Positions 14,675 to 25,609 of a DNA stretch of 64,000 nt are shown here, piece after piece. Below the pieces are notes generated by a model that worked only from the letters and a program-made list of their open reading frames with translations, was not told the DNA's origin and did no database searches. A program made the position numbers and the translations under genes. This DNA comes from a virus: positions 1 through 64,000 of the IMG/VR virus record IMGVR_UViG_3300038299_000184; one strand, written 5' to 3'. Every line of letters starts with the position of its first letter. Position 1 is the stretch's first letter.

Positions 14675-15418
14675 ATGAGTAGAAGAAGGCGTAGTGTTGT
14701 GTGGTTGATGCCAGAGGGTGAGTTTAAAGAACTAGTAGCCAATTCATTCTGTTATAGTGATATTGTTAGGGTGTTCAACTTTGGGAAGGTGGGTGGTAAT
14801 ATAAACACCATTAAGAGTCGGATAGCTGATTTGGGATTGGATATATCACATTTTGGAAATCCAGCGGTCATAGCAAATTCATACAGGGTGTTGAGTGAGA
14901 AGGCAGCTATCGATAAATGGTTTATAAAAACACCACATAAAATATTTTGTAACAGGTCTATTAAATGTTATATTAAAAAATTCAATCTTTTAAAATATGA
15001 GTGTTCAACAAATGGATGTGGTGTTAACACCACATGGTTGGGGTCTGAATTGATTCTGCAACTAGACCACATAGATGGTGATCGAAGTAATAACGTTTTA
15101 GGAAATTTGAGATACTTATGCCCCAACTGCCACTCACAAACTCCAACGTATGCGGGTAGGTCACTCAAAATACGACATGAATGTACTTCTTGTGGTGGTG
15201 TTAAACAAACCAAGAACTCTGAAAATTGTGCCAGTTGTGCTGCTATGATAAACTCTAGAATGAAGTTCGACCCAACATTCGACGAGCTACACCGCCAAGT
15301 ATGTATTGATAAAATTCCCTTCACAACTTTAGGTAAAGAGTATGGTGTATCTGATAATGCAGTGAGGAAACGTTGTATCAAACTAGGTATCGATCCAAAG
15401 ACTCGTTCCACTAATTAA
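14675..15418 (+). CDS. HNH homing endonuclease (paralog of 1651-2364)
   Basis: LQLDHIDGDRSNN...LCPNCHSQTPTY; KFDPT...GVSDNAVRKR HTH. Confidence 0.88.
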   Translation: MSRRRRSVVWLMPEGEFKELVANSFCYSDIVRVFNFGKVGGNINTIKSRIADLGLDISHFGNPAVIANSYRVLSEKAAIDKWFIKTPHKIFCNRSIKCYIKKFNLLKYECSTNGCGVNTTWLGSELILQLDHIDGDRSNNVLGNLRYLCPNCHSQTPTYAGRSLKIRHECTSCGGVKQTKNSENCASCAAMINSRMKFDPTFDELHRQVCIDKIPFTTLGKEYGVSDNAVRKRCIKLGIDPKTRSTN

Positions 15419-15424
15419 CACCAC

Positions 15425-15790
15425 ATGAAAGAATTTTGGAAAACAACTTTGTCAACTATAGCTGGTGTAGTGTTAGCAGCTCTCGTATTAGGTTTCTTTG
15501 GATTGATATATGAGAAGGCTAATAAGTATGATGCGCTCTTGGAGAGAGTAGAAATCGTCGAGGCTGGTCAACAGGAGACTAGAGAGAAGCTTGGTGACAA
15601 GATTGCCAAACTATCCGTAGAGGTCAAGGAGAGGCATGGTGACGAGGATAAGACACCACCTAAGTCAATCCCTTGGAGCATTACACCACCTTCACTATCA
15701 CCATCCCCTAGCCCAGTCCCTCATATAGATAATAATATCGATGCATATATCAAAGAGCAAAATAATATACGCGAGACTTTTAAACGTTAG
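15425..15790 (+). CDS. membrane-anchored coiled-coil, Pro-rich protein
   Basis: N-terminal TM, PSPSPSP segment. Confidence 0.65.
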   Translation: MKEFWKTTLSTIAGVVLAALVLGFFGLIYEKANKYDALLERVEIVEAGQQETREKLGDKIAKLSVEVKERHGDEDKTPPKSIPWSITPPSLSPSPSPVPHIDNNIDAYIKEQNNIRETFKR

Positions 15791-15828
15791 GTGTTGACAT
15801 ATAACACCAGTGGTGTATATTGAAGTTC

Positions 15829-16308
15829 ATGAGTAAATCAAACATTGAACTAAAAGAGGGTCAGAAAATTAGAATTTCTCACTACCGCACCGTTGATTAT
15901 GATACGGGAACCACCAAACTTACCAAAAGTCAACCACTACGGGTAAATAAATACGCTGGTAAATCATTCCGCAAATTTGAATTAGATGTACTTGTTAAAG
16001 CTGGTTATACCATTGGTACCAAGGGTGGAAAGACAGTTGCTACACTAGAAGATGTTGATGGTACAATCATCGCAGCAGGTGTATCAATCTGTTCTAGAGA
16101 AGATACATTCTCTCGCAAGCTTGGTAACAAGATTGCTACAGGGCGACTAGCCCAGATGATTAAAGATATTGATGTGTGGTGGTTCCCAGAGGTCGAGGCT
16201 GATATCGTAGCTGAGGCATATACACGGGTTGAAAGACCACACGAGGCTATTTGCCCACCATCTGTACCAGAACCAGTTTATTCGCCTAAAAAGGTACAAT
16301 ACAGATAA
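15829..16308 (+). CDS. hypothetical protein
   Basis: CS.ED.FSRKLG.KIA.GR segment typical of small phage proteins. Confidence 0.7.
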   Translation: MSKSNIELKEGQKIRISHYRTVDYDTGTTKLTKSQPLRVNKYAGKSFRKFELDVLVKAGYTIGTKGGKTVATLEDVDGTIIAAGVSICSREDTFSRKLGNKIATGRLAQMIKDIDVWWFPEVEADIVAEAYTRVERPHEAICPPSVPEPVYSPKKVQYR

Positions 16309-16508
16309 TGTTAATTGAAATATTGAATATCGCAACATCGGGATTCTGGCAATTTATAGCTGTCATATGTATACTATGTATACCCTTCAAATTTGTAATT
16401 AAGTTATGGGTTGGGTATATGAAGATGCTCACTGTTAAAAACCACGGGTATCCACCAGCGCACTGTGATGCACTAGGTAATGCCCATGATGAAGATGATG
16501 ACGAGTAG
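16308..16508 (+). CDS. small membrane protein
   Basis: Hydrophobic N-terminus; coupled start. Confidence 0.55.
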   Translation: MLIEILNIATSGFWQFIAVICILCIPFKFVIKLWVGYMKMLTVKNHGYPPAHCDALGNAHDEDDDE

Positions 16509-16526
16509 TAAATAGACCCACAAATC

Positions 16527-16556
16527 AAACCCATACGTTTATTCGTATGGGTTTTT
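16527..16556 (+). terminator. intrinsic terminator
   Basis: AAACCCATACG...CGTATGGGTTTTT. Confidence 0.8.
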
Positions 16557-16596
16557 GTTATATTGACACCACTGTAATCCGTTCATAAGTAATCAC

Positions 16597-16881
16597 ATGA
16601 GCGAAGTAAAAAAGTTGTACAGGGTAACGATTGGTGACACCACTACAGAATTAGATGAAGAGGCTATGTTGGCACTACAGAAGCAAATTAATGATGCTAT
16701 TGGTGTTAATAAAATACCTCTTGGATTTATTCCCAGAGGGACACCACCCCCAAGAGAGTCACCTATTACACCCCCTTACCAATCACCAGACATTTGGTGT
16801 GGTCTGGCTTCGGGTAGTATTATTAAATCACCTATTGATCAACTAGAAGAGTTCCGTGCCCCGTCAGAGCGAACCCATTGA
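16597..16881 (+). CDS. hypothetical protein
   Basis: TAAGTA-N5-ATG. Confidence 0.6.
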   Translation: MSEVKKLYRVTIGDTTTELDEEAMLALQKQINDAIGVNKIPLGFIPRGTPPPRESPITPPYQSPDIWCGLASGSIIKSPIDQLEEFRAPSERTH

Positions 16882-16919
16882 TTTGTTAGCTTTTATATAC
16901 TGTAGGGGTAATTAAGTAT

Positions 16920-18785
16920 ATGTCCGATGAACAATTTAAAATAGATAACCAAGTATTATGGGGTGATACACAAATACCCGATGCGAGAATTATCACACCC
17001 AATTGGATAGGTGACAACGAACAGCTACCCCAGAAGGGTACCGAGATTGAATTCCTCCCAGAGCACTATGTAGAGTATAAGAAGTGTAAGGATTCGATTC
17101 ATTACTTCGCTGAGAACTATTACACCATCACAGTAGGTGGTAATGAGAAGGAGCTTATGAAGCTCTGGAAGATCCAGAAGGAGGCACTGGATAGTTTTAT
17201 TGAACACAATAGAGTTGTAATGAACTCTTCGCGCCAGACATCGAAAACAACCCTCGTGGTGTTGTTCATTCTATGGAACTTATTGTTTGGTGATGGTCTT
17301 CAGAAGATCGGCTTGTTGGGTAACAAATATGATTTAGCAAAGCTCAACTTGGATAAGGTTAAGGAGGCATACGAACTACTCCCACTATTCCTAAAACCCC
17401 ACATTCTTAGGTGGAACGAAAAGTCAATCCTATTCTCTAATAATAACGAGTGTAAGATTCAAGCCACATCCTCTACATCATTTCGTGGATCTACTCTAAC
17501 CAGTCTTGTTATTGACGAGGCTGCTTTCATTAACGAAGGTGGTGCCAACGATCTTGATAAAGCAATTCTCCAATCATTGTTACCTACACTGGATGCTATG
17601 GGTCTTGGTGATTCCCCCGACAACTCTTTCTGTATATTGGTATCAACACCCTTTGGTATGAATAATGAGTTTGCTAGACTGTATCACCAAGCAAGAGAAT
17701 ATGAAAAGACTGGTGATCCTAAATTAGAAACACCATTCCATGCATTTGAGATGTTGTGGTCTGACCACCCAGAGCGAGATGAAGAATGGTTCCGAAAGAA
17801 GGTTGCAGAGATGGGGTCACTTGAGGCATTCTATGTGGAATTTGGTGGTAGCTTCACCATGGGTGATGACGCCAAGAAAGCTATCGATGTCGATGTCAAT
17901 ATATTCCAAAGTGAAAATAATATTTCTGACCCTATATTGACCCAGACAAAACATCTTGATAATGATAATGATGCCGAGGACGAATCTTTAAAGATATGGG
18001 AACTACCAAAGGCTAATAGAATTTATGGTGCTGGTGTTGATATTGCAGAAGGTGTGGGGGCTTGCTTCTCTACTATACAGATATTTGATTTTACAGACCT
18101 TCAAGATATACGACAAGTTGCAGAATATAGGAACAACACCATTTCTACAACCGAATTTCCATTAGTTTGTCTCCAGATATTTAACGCCTATAATCAGTGC
18201 TATGCAGCAATCGAACAGAACAACAGTGGTCGTGAGGTTATTAGTTCTCTGGTTCATGCTCATGGTTATAAGAAACTTGTTAGATATCACAGTAATGCAG
18301 ATTCTATGAAAAGGATGGTAGCAAATGGGGAGTATGGTGTCGTATCACATGCTAGTTCTAAGAATAAGGCAGTGGCTAATATGAGACACTTCCTAAACGT
18401 GGCACAGGTTGTTAAGATACGTTCCGAGGTATTGCTTAGAGAACTTAACGGGTTTGTACAGGTTATGGGTAAAAGTAATAACTGGACTTGGCAGAAACAA
18501 GGTGGTGCAGATTCTTATGATGATACCGTGGATGGTTTCAATTGGTGTCTGATGATGCTCCATGCACAGTTAGTAGAAACCTACTTCGATGTGGATAAAT
18601 TTGATAAGTATAGTAAACCCACCCACTTAATAGGGGAGATAATTAAATATGATGACCATCGTAAACATAACTTAGGTATGCCACTAAATGACAAGACACC
18701 AGATATACCTATATATACATCTAGCGGTGGTATGGAACAAGATGTTTCTGATATGTTCGATGTGGGCTGGTTACAAAATTTTTAG
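16920..18785 (+). CDS. terminase large subunit (T4 gp17-like)
   Basis: SRQTSKTT Walker A, LVIDEAAF Walker B, GVDIAEGVG and DDTVD nuclease motifs. Confidence 0.95.
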   Translation: MSDEQFKIDNQVLWGDTQIPDARIITPNWIGDNEQLPQKGTEIEFLPEHYVEYKKCKDSIHYFAENYYTITVGGNEKELMKLWKIQKEALDSFIEHNRVVMNSSRQTSKTTLVVLFILWNLLFGDGLQKIGLLGNKYDLAKLNLDKVKEAYELLPLFLKPHILRWNEKSILFSNNNECKIQATSSTSFRGSTLTSLVIDEAAFINEGGANDLDKAILQSLLPTLDAMGLGDSPDNSFCILVSTPFGMNNEFARLYHQAREYEKTGDPKLETPFHAFEMLWSDHPERDEEWFRKKVAEMGSLEAFYVEFGGSFTMGDDAKKAIDVDVNIFQSENNISDPILTQTKHLDNDNDAEDESLKIWELPKANRIYGAGVDIAEGVGACFSTIQIFDFTDLQDIRQVAEYRNNTISTTEFPLVCLQIFNAYNQCYAAIEQNNSGREVISSLVHAHGYKKLVRYHSNADSMKRMVANGEYGVVSHASSKNKAVANMRHFLNVAQVVKIRSEVLLRELNGFVQVMGKSNNWTWQKQGGADSYDDTVDGFNWCLMMLHAQLVETYFDVDKFDKYSKPTHLIGEIIKYDDHRKHNLGMPLNDKTPDIPIYTSSGGMEQDVSDMFDVGWLQNF

Positions 18786-18787
18786 AT

Positions 18788-19144
18788 ATGGACAAACGTA
18801 GAAAAGATATACAGGAACTATCCAATTTGGATAACAGACACCTTGAGAATATGTTTATTGTCAAGACAGATAGTGATGACAATTATTACTACGACTTAAC
18901 CGATTCGTTGTATATTAACCCAGACACGATGGACCCATTACTATTTGGTAGTTATGATATAAAGGGTGGTGATACCCTCTATAGTATTAGTGATAAATAT
19001 TACGGGACAACAAATCTTTGGTGGGTAGTAGGTACAACAAACCGAATAGATAACCCATTTGATATTGAGAACATGGTGGGTACAACCATCAAAATACCTA
19101 TTAAATCTGTGGTTGGTGAGATATTAGCGGTTATTTCAAACTAG
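18788..19144 (+). CDS. LysM-domain baseplate wedge protein (gp53-like)
   Basis: YDIKGGDTLYSISDKYYGTTNLWWVV. Confidence 0.75.
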   Translation: MDKRRKDIQELSNLDNRHLENMFIVKTDSDDNYYYDLTDSLYINPDTMDPLLFGSYDIKGGDTLYSISDKYYGTTNLWWVVGTTNRIDNPFDIENMVGTTIKIPIKSVVGEILAVISN

Positions 19145-19161
19145 TTATACTAATTAAGGTT

Positions 19162-20154
19162 ATGGAAAGATTCGGGGAATTCTACAAAAATTTTACCAGT
19201 ACATTAGTAACAGAAGATATAGAGGATATTAAGGATCAATTATCGTCAGAAGGCATCTTCTCATACTTTGGTAAGCAAGCTATAACTGATAGGTTTAAGT
19301 GGTATCAAGACCAAGGTATTGTACCAACCAAAAAGTTTTCGAAGAATGCTTCAGCATTACAGTCTACTCGTGTTAATAGAGGTGATGCCACAGGTAGTAA
19401 GACAGTAACAGTAGATGTTGATAAAAAGGAAGAGGCAGAGATGTTGACGTATGTATTCAAGTTCCTAGATCGCGAAGTTAGGGATCAACTTGAAAAGGCT
19501 TACAAGGACAATCCTAAGAAGGCTAAGAAATTCGCGAAACATTATAGTGATGTCACAATGCGTGATGTTAAAGAGGATGCATCCCAAATCAGTAGTGTAT
19601 TAACCAACTGGTTGACACTACGCCATGATAAGAATTCTAAGGTCCCTAAATCTATCAGACAGAAGATTGATTTCACTAAACTTCAACATAATGTTGATGA
19701 GGCTTATAAGAAAATTACTGGTGCTAAAATTAGTGATGATGCTAAAAGTAGTGTTGATGAGGATATGCCCGAAGGGTTTTCATTCGTCAAAGAGACGGGC
19801 AACTTTAGACTTTATAAATGGTCTGCTCTGGGTGACGTATGTACTACTGATCCTAAAGTTAGACAGAACTGGTTATCAGTGATCATTGATATTGCGGGTG
19901 AAGAGGATAAGAAGTGGTGTGTTGCTGATTCTGGGTTTGCCAAACAATACGGTGAGCCAGATGGTGATGGTACTTTCAAATACCCCTACTATCTATTAAG
20001 GAAGAAGGTTGGTGGTAGTTATGTTCCGTATGTATTGATGCACGGTAATTCACTACAATGTAAGAATGATGCAGATGTAGGTATTACACAAACTATGGCT
20101 GATGAGATCAAGCCAGCTATCGAAGAGCATATCAAAACCATCGTAATGGGGTAA
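19162..20154 (+). CDS. hypothetical protein, possible internal head protein
   Basis: MERFGEFY...LVTE leader; late-type start motif. Confidence 0.6.
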   Translation: MERFGEFYKNFTSTLVTEDIEDIKDQLSSEGIFSYFGKQAITDRFKWYQDQGIVPTKKFSKNASALQSTRVNRGDATGSKTVTVDVDKKEEAEMLTYVFKFLDREVRDQLEKAYKDNPKKAKKFAKHYSDVTMRDVKEDASQISSVLTNWLTLRHDKNSKVPKSIRQKIDFTKLQHNVDEAYKKITGAKISDDAKSSVDEDMPEGFSFVKETGNFRLYKWSALGDVCTTDPKVRQNWLSVIIDIAGEEDKKWCVADSGFAKQYGEPDGDGTFKYPYYLLRKKVGGSYVPYVLMHGNSLQCKNDADVGITQTMADEIKPAIEEHIKTIVMG

Positions 20155-20543
20155 TGTCACTAGATGAGCAAATATATAACCGTATTACCAAGTTCTTTAA
20201 GAAGGAATTTGGAGATATGGGTTTTAAATTATATGACGGTGACCACTTCTATAATGAATATGGTTCACCTAATGTGAAGATGTCAACATTGAAGGATTCT
20301 GATGGTATCAACATCACAGTGTTCAACGAGTTTGACTCATATATTGACGCAAACATTTATGTTGATAGTTTAGAGGAGTTTGATGTGTTCCTAGAATCCA
20401 TACCAGAACTGGCAGAAACTGTTAGTGTTGGTATAACAATTGTGGGTAAGGGAACCGAGTACGTACAATATAACTTCAAACCTAAAGACTCTAAAGTATT
20501 ACAACATATAGTTGATACAGCAAAAGCTAACTTTGACGGATAA
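20154..20543 (+). CDS. hypothetical protein
   Basis: ORF track. Confidence 0.7.
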   Translation: MSLDEQIYNRITKFFKKEFGDMGFKLYDGDHFYNEYGSPNVKMSTLKDSDGINITVFNEFDSYIDANIYVDSLEEFDVFLESIPELAETVSVGITIVGKGTEYVQYNFKPKDSKVLQHIVDTAKANFDG

Positions 20544-20548
20544 CTATA

Positions 20549-20998
20549 ATGGATCAGTTCATGAAACAACGACTTCGTGATGAAGTAGACGTAGCGACAG
20601 GTGACCGTGTGGTTGACTGGGTACGGTTTGGTGACATAAGACACCTATGGGACGCTGCACTGGCTACAGGCACACCAGAGGTGCCACAAGAGTACATAGA
20701 CAATGCCGATGAGTACTATGCCAAAGTTCGTGAACAAGAACGCCTAGAGGCAATACAGAGGGATAAAGACCTAGTACCCAACTTCATACAAGATATGAAA
20801 CATGCTCTAGGTGTCAATCTACAAGGAAAGGATACCTACAGGGAAATAGACCCATTCGGATTAGACAGGGGTAATCAAGCATATGAATCCGCTGTTAGGG
20901 CTGATATGGTGGCTAATAGAGAGGCTGCTGCATATACAAGAGAGATGAACGACATGGTTAATAAGATGTCTGGGGCTGATCAACTAGGTTCTTGGTAA
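20549..20998 (+). CDS. hypothetical protein
   Basis: ORF track. Confidence 0.7.
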   Translation: MDQFMKQRLRDEVDVATGDRVVDWVRFGDIRHLWDAALATGTPEVPQEYIDNADEYYAKVREQERLEAIQRDKDLVPNFIQDMKHALGVNLQGKDTYREIDPFGLDRGNQAYESAVRADMVANREAAAYTREMNDMVNKMSGADQLGSW

Positions 20999-21037
20999 AT
21001 ATACTAGCATTAGTGGTACCACGCCATAAATATAAGT

Positions 21038-22579
21038 GTGAGTTTAAGTGCAACATTTCCAGATGACATACCGTTAAGCAGTATTGAGGTTTTCGACCCA
21101 AGCGTGGTTAGAACCTTTTATAGTGAGTTTGTGTTCCCTTGGACACTGGAGGATTTATACCCCCAATATGACTTTTATACTAGTCATAACTTTAACAGTA
21201 TCCTCGATAAGGTTTACGACAACTTGGATTACTTAAAGGGGTTCGCAACGTTATATAATAATGTATTACCTATAGATAGCGTAACATGTGATGTTTATGA
21301 CCAAGTTGATAAAATTGGTATTTATATAGATGACATATATGAGATCACCTTTACACCGACCACATTAATAATATACAAATCTGGTGTAATTGATCAACAA
21401 ATTGATGAAACGGACTTTGGTAAATTTATAAATATTAAAAGTGTTTCAGTTGTGGGTGATTATATATACATTATCGATGGTGATTATGTATTAAAGCTTG
21501 ACATCACTATAACACCAGCACTGTTTGTAACATTCCTTGGGGGTTATGGCGGTGGTACGGCATCATATAAATTCAGATCCCCTACTCGTATTATATTTGA
21601 CGAAACCACACAACGGTTTTACATATGGGATAGGGGTAATAAGGTAGTTAAAATTTACACCAAGGAACTTTCCTTTGAATCTAACTATAGCCTAGGTGAT
21701 GCACTCGGCATGGACGTTGTTGGCGGGGTTATTCATAAAATTACAGATACTGAATATATAGATACTGAGAATGGGATATCTTTCAGACATGGAGTTGAAG
21801 CACCCAAGGGGTTAACTATAGATAGTTACCAAAGTGGGTTTTTATGGATATATAACAACACACAGATATTGAAATATACAATAGGTGGGTTGCATGTGGG
21901 TACATACAATATGACACACATTAGTGATGTATTTAGACACGGTACTAAACTATATGTTATAGATTATAATGGTGCTGAGGAATTAGTAGACCAGCTAGAT
22001 GAAGTAATTGCAAACTTGGACTACTCATACACAAAAACAATAAGTACCAGCAGTGGTCATAAATTCGAATTAAGTGATGTGTATATACACCCCGATGAGT
22101 TGGCAAGTGATTGGGTTATTAATGATACACTGTTTAAGACGTTCGACACATTAGACAAATTCAATGAATCACTAACTGGTGTGTTTATAGCTAATCTGGA
22201 TGCGGGTAGTAATCTGGGGGGTATTTCAACAGAGTCCCGACCAATTTCTGGTGTTGATATAAGTTGTGATTTTTACCAGACACAAGACGAGATAATATCA
22301 TGTAGTTCACTACAGAGACCTATAAAGTCTTTATATGGTTTAATGGACGATACACGGATAAGACTCACAGGTCTTGAAGTTATAGACGGGTTAAGCGGGG
22401 TAGGTGGGGTTACGTCACAAATTTGTTGGAGTTTGGGTGCTCAGAGTTGTGAGGGCATCACACCACAATTATTTAATACCAATTTCACCCCTCTTAGTTT
22501 CGTAGAATTATCTAACCCTATATTTGAATGCGACCCCCTAACAGGTAGTTGTTGCGTATCATCCAGTTTCGTTCAATAA
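21038..22579 (+). CDS. putative virion structural protein with beta-propeller/NHL-like repeats
   Basis: FRSPTRI...FYIWDRGNKVVKIY NHL-like segment. Confidence 0.55.
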   Translation: MSLSATFPDDIPLSSIEVFDPSVVRTFYSEFVFPWTLEDLYPQYDFYTSHNFNSILDKVYDNLDYLKGFATLYNNVLPIDSVTCDVYDQVDKIGIYIDDIYEITFTPTTLIIYKSGVIDQQIDETDFGKFINIKSVSVVGDYIYIIDGDYVLKLDITITPALFVTFLGGYGGGTASYKFRSPTRIIFDETTQRFYIWDRGNKVVKIYTKELSFESNYSLGDALGMDVVGGVIHKITDTEYIDTENGISFRHGVEAPKGLTIDSYQSGFLWIYNNTQILKYTIGGLHVGTYNMTHISDVFRHGTKLYVIDYNGAEELVDQLDEVIANLDYSYTKTISTSSGHKFELSDVYIHPDELASDWVINDTLFKTFDTLDKFNESLTGVFIANLDAGSNLGGISTESRPISGVDISCDFYQTQDEIISCSSLQRPIKSLYGLMDDTRIRLTGLEVIDGLSGVGGVTSQICWSLGAQSCEGITPQLFNTNFTPLSFVELSNPIFECDPLTGSCCVSSSFVQ

Positions 22580-23118
22580 TGGCTAGAAAAACCACATACA
22601 GCTCAGAGGTGGACCAAACCTACAAGGTTGATAAAGGCAGGAAAAGACCTAAATATCGACAAGGTTTATACAAACCTATAAACCCCCAGAAGTGTATAAA
22701 TTGCACAGATGGTAAGCCTATAGAATTTAGGTCTAAACTAGAGTTCGAGTATATGCATTTAATGGACAAATCAGACAATGTACTCAGTTGGGGTAGTGAG
22801 ACCGTATGGGTACCATATGTACATCCATTCAAGAATAGAGTTGCACAATACTGGACGGATTTTATAGTAAACACTAGAAACCACGGAATCTTAATAATAG
22901 AAATCAAACCAGCCAAGGAGATAAAGGCTATACATGAGAATGTTAGACCTAAGATGACGGGCAGGAAGAAGAAGTCAACCTTCTTGTACGAAACTAAAAT
23001 GTTTGAGATTAATAAAGCTAAGTGGATAGCTGCACAAGATTTCTGTAAAACCAAGGGTTGGAAGTTTATACAGTTATCAGAGAAGGATCTGAAGGATGGT
23101 AAAATACCATTTTTATAG
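22579..23118 (+). CDS. head completion nuclease (T4 gp4-like, TnsA-type fold)
   Basis: QGLYKPINPQK, FRSKLE, WGSE, Y..DF, IEIKP. Confidence 0.88.
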   Translation: MARKTTYSSEVDQTYKVDKGRKRPKYRQGLYKPINPQKCINCTDGKPIEFRSKLEFEYMHLMDKSDNVLSWGSETVWVPYVHPFKNRVAQYWTDFIVNTRNHGILIIEIKPAKEIKAIHENVRPKMTGRKKKSTFLYETKMFEINKAKWIAAQDFCKTKGWKFIQLSEKDLKDGKIPFL

Positions 23119-23351
23119 TTGATTTATAGAGGGCTGTACACTAATTCTATACATGGAACTAAAATTTGCAGAACTGAATACAATACACGGAATGCTTGAC
23201 GTTCAAATTATATCTATTGAAAATACATTGAACCATATAAAATGTGAAGATCAGATGAAGGTGTATAAAGATGAATCAACCAAACTGAAATCTTTGAGAA
23301 CTAAATTCAAAAAGATGCTTAAAGACTATTAACCGTCTCTAATTAATAGAG

Positions 23352-23921
23352 ATGGCAACTTCAAACGACCTACTCTCATTTAAAGAATGGTATGCTAAAA
23401 ATCCTAGCATACCATACACTAACCGTGTTGAAAAATATAACGATTACCTCAAAGGTGTGTTAGTTGATGAAGTTGTTGTGGCTGATGGTATTCAGCGTAA
23501 TGTAGTACGTGATAAATACAAAGCATTTCTTAGCAAATTGGTTAACATATACGATGACGACCCAGAAGTTATATCATTGTTAAATTTAGACCTAGATGAT
23601 CCACATCAACTAGCCTTAGCCATTCCAGTATTTGCCACGAAGATACGCGATATCGCCATATTCTATAGCAAGAAACGAAAAACCCTAGGAGACCTTAAGT
23701 TGGAACTTTCATTGAAGGGTACACCACAGGGTGTCGAGAAGGCTATAACCGATTTGTTCTATAACAAATACTCAACCAATGATGATTATACAGATCCTAC
23801 ATTAGGGGGTGTTGGTTTAATAGAGAACGTCCCACCTAGGGACTTTGTTGTGGATAATTTAGACATAGTTGTTGTAGAGCAGTACAATACAACCTCACAA
23901 CACCCTAACTCTAATAATTAA
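23352..23921 (+). CDS. putative virion structural protein
   Basis: SLKGTPQGVE (baseplate KGT motif); late-type start. Confidence 0.5.
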   Translation: MATSNDLLSFKEWYAKNPSIPYTNRVEKYNDYLKGVLVDEVVVADGIQRNVVRDKYKAFLSKLVNIYDDDPEVISLLNLDLDDPHQLALAIPVFATKIRDIAIFYSKKRKTLGDLKLELSLKGTPQGVEKAITDLFYNKYSTNDDYTDPTLGGVGLIENVPPRDFVVDNLDIVVVEQYNTTSQHPNSNN

Positions 23922-23925
23922 CATT

Positions 23926-25164
23926 GTGATTAATACAGATATAAAGGCAGTTGTGTCACACACAGTTGTAAAACGGTCTCCTGATAGTATTAAAATATTA
24001 CCAACTATGGGGGGTTCTTTAACACCCAGCTTCTGGGACGGTGTAGAGGTTCCTATATTATTACAACCTTATTTTGAGGAAATACCCGTTTATTATACTG
24101 ATACTAAGTCACCAAGTTTAACAGCATTCGGTGTGGACTCCTTTAAATTCGAAGATGTGACCGCTGTATCTGCCAACAACTGGGATTTTGGTGTTAGCTC
24201 ATGTGATGACACAGAAACGGGTTGTCATGTTGGTATACTAACACCATATATTTCGGGTGGTGCCATTGTGGATAAAACCGATGATTGTGGTAAGTTATCT
24301 ACACTAAGTGTAGGTACTTCTAATGACGGTTATATTAATGCATGTATGTCAGTTAGAGATGAATTAGGTACATTTAATATTATTTGCACAACAGCCAGTG
24401 GTTTGAATTTTAACTCTCTGGAAGACCCGTTTGCACTTAAACAACAAAACGCAAACACATCATATTTGGAATATATGTGTAAGTATGATGTGAAGGACGG
24501 ATTTGGTAGAGGTATCGTTTTTGGTAATGAAGAGTCGGAAGTGTCGAAACTGTTGAATATAGTATTTGGCGACGAATTTACCAATACTATAAATGAGAAG
24601 ATTCTCAACTTCGGTTCTAATATTAAAAGCCTTGATAAGGCTGATACGTTAGCCATAGACGATCTTGGTGAGAATTTAGGCGTACCGACCAGTGGTTTAT
24701 CTGAAGGCGTTCCTGTGGAGATACAGACCCTTCTAAAGCTTGCCAGTATAAAATACGAAGATCTGTTTGGTGTGGAGAATGTTGGTGGCGTCTACAACCC
24801 AAAGAATGTTGGGGTATTATTAGAACTAGGTGAAAATATAAGTGCGGGTGAAATACTTTTCACTAAGAAACAGGTTGAACCCGACTCGGAGTACCAGTCT
24901 TACATTGTCAGATCAAAAAACGTTAGCGAACAACTCACTGAAGGGTTTCTAAGTGGTGATGACGTATATCCGTTATCGGCTCTGGAAGATGGTGATTTCA
25001 ATACCACTGAATACTACTTCTGGCGTAATGTATTCGAAGGTGGTGAGATAGTTAATGAAATTATAGATCTCAGTACCATCGAAGAGATCCCTACAAAGGC
25101 AGAATGGGAAGCGATTATCAATAAGAGAATCCAATACTTTCTAGTTGTAAATCTACTTGGCTAG
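23926..25164 (+). CDS. putative virion structural protein
   Basis: 412-aa acidic ORF; TAATTA-N5-GTG. Confidence 0.55.
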   Translation: MINTDIKAVVSHTVVKRSPDSIKILPTMGGSLTPSFWDGVEVPILLQPYFEEIPVYYTDTKSPSLTAFGVDSFKFEDVTAVSANNWDFGVSSCDDTETGCHVGILTPYISGGAIVDKTDDCGKLSTLSVGTSNDGYINACMSVRDELGTFNIICTTASGLNFNSLEDPFALKQQNANTSYLEYMCKYDVKDGFGRGIVFGNEESEVSKLLNIVFGDEFTNTINEKILNFGSNIKSLDKADTLAIDDLGENLGVPTSGLSEGVPVEIQTLLKLASIKYEDLFGVENVGGVYNPKNVGVLLELGENISAGEILFTKKQVEPDSEYQSYIVRSKNVSEQLTEGFLSGDDVYPLSALEDGDFNTTEYYFWRNVFEGGEIVNEIIDLSTIEEIPTKAEWEAIINKRIQYFLVVNLLG

Positions 25165-25566
25165 TTTAGTAATTTTGACCCTGCCATCGGGCAGAATTTG
25201 AGCTTCATAATTAGCGGTCTTACTGTTGAGGGATTTAGGTTTGCCATCAGTTAAATCCATGGTTCTCCCACCAGATGTGTTAAGCATATCGTCAAATTTG
25301 GCTTTATCCATTACAACTACTTGGCTTTGGGATGCATCTTGTAGAGTACTTTTAACTTGACCCTTCTCTTCAGATGCTTCACGATCTCTTTGAGATATCA
25401 TAGATTTAGACGTATTGTCAAATCCTTTGAAATACTTACCAGCAACTTTACCGTTGTTGTTAATGTTTCGCTTACCGCCTTTAGTAAGGTCGGTTGTTAC
25501 TAATTTGGGAAGGTCACCTTGAAATCCTGCCATCAGCTCTTCAATCATCATAGAAAATGTGCTCAT
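25153..25566 (-). CDS. hypothetical protein
   Basis: ORF track. Confidence 0.65.
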   Translation of the reverse strand: MSTFSMMIEELMAGFQGDLPKLVTTDLTKGGKRNINNNGKVAGKYFKGFDNTSKSMISQRDREASEEKGQVKSTLQDASQSQVVVMDKAKFDDMLNTSGGRTMDLTDGKPKSLNSKTANYEAQILPDGRVKITKLAK

Positions 25567-25609
25567 AATACTTGACTTTAATTAGGGTATATAGTAGATT
25601 GGAATTTCA

